In this document: piece after piece, positions 60,236 through 64,000 of the stretch | Layout: every line of letters starts with the position of its first letter | Position numbering within the stretch: position 1 is the stretch's first letter | Source: a virus | Lineage: Duplodnaviria; Caudoviricetes | Virus record (IMG/VR): IMGVR_UViG_3300009868_000001 | Location: 32,001 to 96,000 of that record | Reading direction: 5' to 3' (one strand) | DNA: 64,000 nucleotides | Program-made: the position numbers and the translations under genes | Notes under the pieces: generated by a model | Database searches by the model: none | Told to the model about the DNA's origin: nothing | Seen by the model: the letters and a program-made list of their open reading frames with translations, nothing else

Positions 60236-60919
60236 TTATTTAGGTCTTTGTGCTAGATTGAACCATATGAATCTCGCATCACCAAAAAGACTTTCAAGTT
60301 CGTCTTCAGTAAACGTAAGTTTTTCGATATGACTGTTAATTATCATCAAACCGTCTGAAATGTCATTTGTAAGTTTAACAGCGGCAGTTGACATTATTCC
60401 ATATGCTCTTAACAGAGAAGCAATCTCATCGTCCTTTTCGGATTTAGTCTCTCCATCGAGAATGACAGTGCCATCGTCGTAAAAAATTCCATACTTTACA
60501 TCAGTTGGAATAAAGAGACCATTTATTGGTGCAAACCATGATGCTGGAACCTTATTAAACTTGTCTCGAATATTTGCAATATATTCAGCAGTCTTTTCAA
60601 AGGTCATTGTGATAAAGAGAAATGGAAATCCAGTGACAGTTTTATCTGAATTACTAAATTCCCAAATTGCAACTCTATCAACGCCTGTCCTTGCACGTGT
60701 TTCAACGATTCGATTATTAACTATCGATTGAATGTCAAGCTTTTCTTTGGTCCAATTTATGGTCTTAGCTTTCTTTTGGATCCAAAGATAAAGTACAGGT
60801 AATCCGACAGCTAATGCACCACCTATTGTTTGACCTATCAACTTAAGAACATCCTCGCTTAATATCTCCTTGGACGTCTGAACAACATTCAATACCTGTG
60901 TTGTATCCACTACCATCAT
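60236..60919 (-). CDS. Single-TM protein with a GAF-like domain (T4 holin T-like architecture)
   Basis: TM segment IGGALAVGLPVLYLWI, then DRVAIWEFSN...ITMTFE. Confidence 0.5.
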   Translation of the reverse strand: MMVVDTTQVLNVVQTSKEILSEDVLKLIGQTIGGALAVGLPVLYLWIQKKAKTINWTKEKLDIQSIVNNRIVETRARTGVDRVAIWEFSNSDKTVTGFPFLFITMTFEKTAEYIANIRDKFNKVPASWFAPINGLFIPTDVKYGIFYDDGTVILDGETKSEKDDEIASLLRAYGIMSTAAVKLTNDISDGLMIINSHIEKLTFTEDELESLFGDARFIWFNLAQRPK

Positions 60920-60961
60920 AGACCCCTTTTTTTAAAATTTCACAAGTATTAATACTTGCTC

Positions 60962-61246
60962 TTATGCTACTGGTTGAGCTGGAGCAGTGGCGGCTGGAGC
61001 TGCAGTTTGACCTTGATCTCCTGATTCAGGCTCATCTAGTAACATTAAATCAGTATCATCACCAGCTGGTGCTGCATCGCCTGTTCCACCTGCTGATGGA
61101 GCTGGAGTTGCATCCGGTGAAGTTGATGCCTGAGCTGTTGAATCACCTTGTGGAGTATCAGTAGTTTGAGTATCAGTTGAACCTTCTTCTTTTGCAAGAT
61201 ATTCCTCAAACGACATAACTACACCCTTTTTCTTTTCATCTGCCAT
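60962..61246 (-). CDS. Low-complexity late protein with a capsid-targeting-like motif
   Basis: VVMSFEEYLAKEE; TATAAATA at 61265-61272. Confidence 0.65.
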   Translation of the reverse strand: MADEKKKGVVMSFEEYLAKEEGSTDTQTTDTPQGDSTAQASTSPDATPAPSAGGTGDAAPAGDDTDLMLLDEPESGDQGQTAAPAATAPAQPVA

Positions 61247-61313
61247 AATAGCGAAACTTTTTCTTATTTATACTTGATTATCACTAAAAAAGAGGCCTAA
61301 TTTACATCAAAAC

Positions 61314-63053
61314 TTATTTTGTTCCCTTAAGCCGAATTCTGTTAGTAAATTCTTCTGGAAATTGGTCCGGACTGTTTCTCAAAATATCAGAAAAACATCC
61401 GTCAAGTATGTATGTTCTTGCCCAATCTTCAGGAGTCCTGACTGAACGCCCTACTCCCTGTAATATCGAAAGGGCAGTCTTCCAGTTATACCATTTTTGT
61501 GAATGCTTTAGTTTTGCAGCAACGTATCTATCACCAAGAGATGGATAGGGTATTTTCACGAAAATTTGGAACCTACTTAAGTCGTCTATTAAGTTTAGAC
61601 CTTCAAGCAAAGATGGTCCCATTATTACCATGTTTTTAAGACTTGTAAATTTATTGAGGCTTCTTTCCTTTTCTTCGGTTCCTCTATATAAAAGCACCCT
61701 TGCTCTCTGTTCCTTGCTTAATCCTTCATATATTCTATTTGCAAGTTCATACGAACCTGAATGTATGATGCCTGGAAATTCCTTGTTTTCTTCAAGGATT
61801 TCAGAAACAGTTTCAACTAACCATGGTAGGTTTTGTTCCTTATTTTTCATTGACATCCGCCTTCCTGGATAATAAACAATTGGTGAATTGCTGTAATCGA
61901 ACGTGGAATGCATCTTAAAATATCTCACAGACTTAGCAGCAAGACCTCTCATATAGTCTTCAGGTTTTCCCATCGTCGCCGTCATCATAAGTTTAAATCC
62001 AAAACGAGAGTTGAAGTGTTTATACATCAAATACCTTTCATCTAAACAATTAAACACTGTGGCATTCTCCTGAGGGTTTTTAATCATGCTTTCGACATCT
62101 GTTTGGTCTAATATGAAGCAATAGTCCTCCACTTTGCACTGAACATCCTTAATGAAGTCCAGGTTCCTCATAGCATTTCTCCATTCTTTTGGAAGTCTAG
62201 TGTTTGCTGAATAATTTGCTTTAGCTCTTCTTTTAACAGATTCACCTACTCTGACTAACTCCCCTAAATTGACTTTAATCCTCTCAAGTTTTTCTTTGAG
62301 TTTCACTTTATCTTCCTCTCTTTCAATTGAATCTATGTCTCTTTTCAAAAAATTCAAATCACATTCAGGTTTCTTAAACCTGTTCTTTGAATAAAAGTCT
62401 CTTAATTTCTTTGAAGTCTTAAGTATGTTTTCGTTTACTACTGGGCTGAAATGATTTTGAACTATCTCAGTCACCTTATGAGCTTCATCACAGACTACAA
62501 AGTCCCTTCGTCCAAATGGTGCAGGTTGTCCCATCTCTCTAAATTTATCCTCAACATAGTTTCGTTGAATGAGAGCATATGGATAAGTCATCAAGCTAAC
62601 AGGTGCTTTCATTGCCCTTTCACGAGCCGAAAAATAACCACATGTTGGATAACATGGTAGTTCCATTGCTTCGGTCGTTGTCATGCTTCTCATCTTACAT
62701 TCACCTAATGAAAACTTTTCTCCGTTTATGTCACATATGTAATTGTCAATTCCTTTCACTATTCCCCAGTTGAGGTTAAACCCATTAAAGTCATTAACAT
62801 ACTGTGAGTGAAGGGCAAGGTCTGATGCAAGAATATACCCGGTTTTTCCCTCACTTGACACAAAGTCTGAAAACAAAATAGCTATCACTGATTTTCCAGA
62901 ACCAGTAGGTGCGTCCAATAAGTAAAACTCAGTCTTACCTTCATAGAAGGTTTCTATGATGTCAATAATAACTTCTCTCTGTTGTGGCCTAAATTTTAAG
63001 GTGGGGTATTTGTTTGCGATAAACTCGTCGAACCGTGCTGCTACGTCTTTCAA
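61314..63053 (-). CDS. DinG/Rad3-family helicase
   Basis: DAPTGSGKS, a Cys cluster (Fe-S), DEAH, EGLNL, KIPYP, QGVGRSVR. Confidence 0.88.
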   Translation of the reverse strand: MKDVAARFDEFIANKYPTLKFRPQQREVIIDIIETFYEGKTEFYLLDAPTGSGKSVIAILFSDFVSSEGKTGYILASDLALHSQYVNDFNGFNLNWGIVKGIDNYICDINGEKFSLGECKMRSMTTTEAMELPCYPTCGYFSARERAMKAPVSLMTYPYALIQRNYVEDKFREMGQPAPFGRRDFVVCDEAHKVTEIVQNHFSPVVNENILKTSKKLRDFYSKNRFKKPECDLNFLKRDIDSIEREEDKVKLKEKLERIKVNLGELVRVGESVKRRAKANYSANTRLPKEWRNAMRNLDFIKDVQCKVEDYCFILDQTDVESMIKNPQENATVFNCLDERYLMYKHFNSRFGFKLMMTATMGKPEDYMRGLAAKSVRYFKMHSTFDYSNSPIVYYPGRRMSMKNKEQNLPWLVETVSEILEENKEFPGIIHSGSYELANRIYEGLSKEQRARVLLYRGTEEKERSLNKFTSLKNMVIMGPSLLEGLNLIDDLSRFQIFVKIPYPSLGDRYVAAKLKHSQKWYNWKTALSILQGVGRSVRTPEDWARTYILDGCFSDILRNSPDQFPEEFTNRIRLKGTK

Positions 63054-63557
63054 TTATGCTAAGTTTTTTTCAAGAACATGATCATTCAATCCCTCAAATT
63101 CTTCAGGATCATAACCTTCCTTTTCAATTATCTCTGAAACAATACCAATCTTTTTAAAGCCATTTCTAAAATAAAAAGAAAGCGGCTTACCTTCCTCATC
63201 AACATATGTTCTTATGGTTTTGCAGCCTATTTTCTTGGCATATGCCTCCATTGTCTTAAGGACGTCTTCTCCAATTTTTAGGTTTCTAAATTCAGGTAAG
63301 ATCCCAAACCAACCAAGCCACAATGTTTCTACTCCTGGGACAAGAGAATACATTCCACATATCCCAACAGTCCTTCCTTCTTTTTTGATGACCCACACTT
63401 GCCAAAAACAGACATCGTCTTCTCGATCTGTGTGTATGATTCCACACCAAGTAAGAATGGCATGGTAGTAAGTGTAACCAAAATCGTCTACGAGGCCCTC
63501 TAAAATTGGCTTAAACTCTTTGAGGTCTCGTGTATCGTCTAACATAAGATTGTGCAT
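63054..63557 (-). CDS. GNAT acetyltransferase
   Basis: WFGILPEFRNLKIG, FYFRNGF. Confidence 0.8.
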   Translation of the reverse strand: MHNLMLDDTRDLKEFKPILEGLVDDFGYTYYHAILTWCGIIHTDREDDVCFWQVWVIKKEGRTVGICGMYSLVPGVETLWLGWFGILPEFRNLKIGEDVLKTMEAYAKKIGCKTIRTYVDEEGKPLSFYFRNGFKKIGIVSEIIEKEGYDPEEFEGLNDHVLEKNLA

Positions 63558-63601
63558 ATTATTTTTTACTCTAAGGTGTGGCTGGGGTTCTCTTAAAACA
63601 A

Positions 63602-63628
63602 AAAGAGCCGACTCAAGGCCGACTCTTT
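63602..63628 (-). terminator. Intrinsic terminator
   Basis: On the minus strand: AAAGAGUCGGC-CUUGA-GUCGGCUCUUUUU. Confidence 0.7.
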
Positions 63629-63651
63629 CCGCTCTTAGAGATTATTAATCT

Positions 63652-64000
63652 TTATGAAAAGTCTTTTTCTAACACCGGGTCGATTTTAGAACCTGGTTTA
63701 ATCTTTGCCCTTTCACGTATTTCTTCAAATCGATAGTCTTCAATCAACTCTCCCATTTCAAAGACTGTCACAAGCTCATCAAGAGCGGTGTCAAAGTCAG
63801 GGTCATGGTTTGTTATTGTCTTGTAGACATCACGTTCCTCCTGATTATCTGTTCGTACCAACTTAAGGTTACCACTCTTACTTCTCTTAAACGATACGAC
63901 ACGATTGCCCTGGTCATCAAACTCTATCGGAGACTTAGAGACCTCGACCATCGTCAATACTCCCTTAACTTCTTGATAAAGAGCACAGCACTTAAATGCA
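63652..64000 (-). CDS. Hypothetical protein whose N-terminus lies beyond the right edge
   Basis: The frame stays open upstream of 63957 (AFKCCALYQEVKGV) to the window end. Confidence 0.55.
   Translation of the reverse strand, partial: AFKCCALYQEVKGVLTMVEVSKSPIEFDDQGNRVVSFKRSKSGNLKLVRTDNQEERDVYKTITNHDPDFDTALDELVTVFEMGELIEDYRFEEIRERAKIKPGSKIDPVLEKDFS

Noticed and set aside
378-63468. Many short ORFs in the track that overlap larger genes (e.g. 378-584, 2921-3244, 19001-19306, 26837-27262, 57799-58278)
   Set aside because: They are antisense or off-frame shadows of well-supported genes and have no motifs or promoters.
1-64000. Stop-codon recoding, as in some huge phages
   Set aside because: Genes are full length in code 11, and TAA, TAG and TGA are all used as stops.
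1-64000. Eukaryotic giant-virus or bacterial chromosome origin (SET, GT7, epimerase, DnaJ, Clp)
   Set aside because: These genes are embedded among T4-like sheath, capsid, portal and baseplate genes and share the phage promoter motifs.

Overview
This 64-kb window comes from a large T4-like (myovirus-type) jumbo phage read in the standard genetic code. Genes are densely packed and mostly lack Shine-Dalgarno sites, which weakly suggests a Bacteroidota host. (i) Replication/recombination: dCTPase/dUTPase, a family-B DNA polymerase split into two genes about 45 kb apart, UvsX, gp41 helicase, gp47/gp46, UvsY/UvsW, primase and a DinG-like helicase. (ii) Nucleotide metabolism: a thymidylate-synthase-fold enzyme carrying the dCMP-specific Asp, which suggests modified cytosine. 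(iii) Morphogenesis: tail sheath, tube, major capsid, a protease-scaffold fusion, portal, neck and baseplate. (iv) An 11-gene glycan island: NeuB/NeuA/HAD, two sialyltransferase-like genes, GT7, GT25, GT10, a GT-A enzyme, a sulfotransferase and a GDP-mannose 3,5-epimerase. (v) About 10 late proteins share a motif resembling the T4 capsid-targeting sequence, including a 956-aa ligase-like/nucleotidyltransferase/nuclease fusion. Two promoter classes can be read from the DNA: late ATAAATA and early/middle AAAC-N16/17-GTA. All assignments come from recognising motifs by eye; no searches were run.
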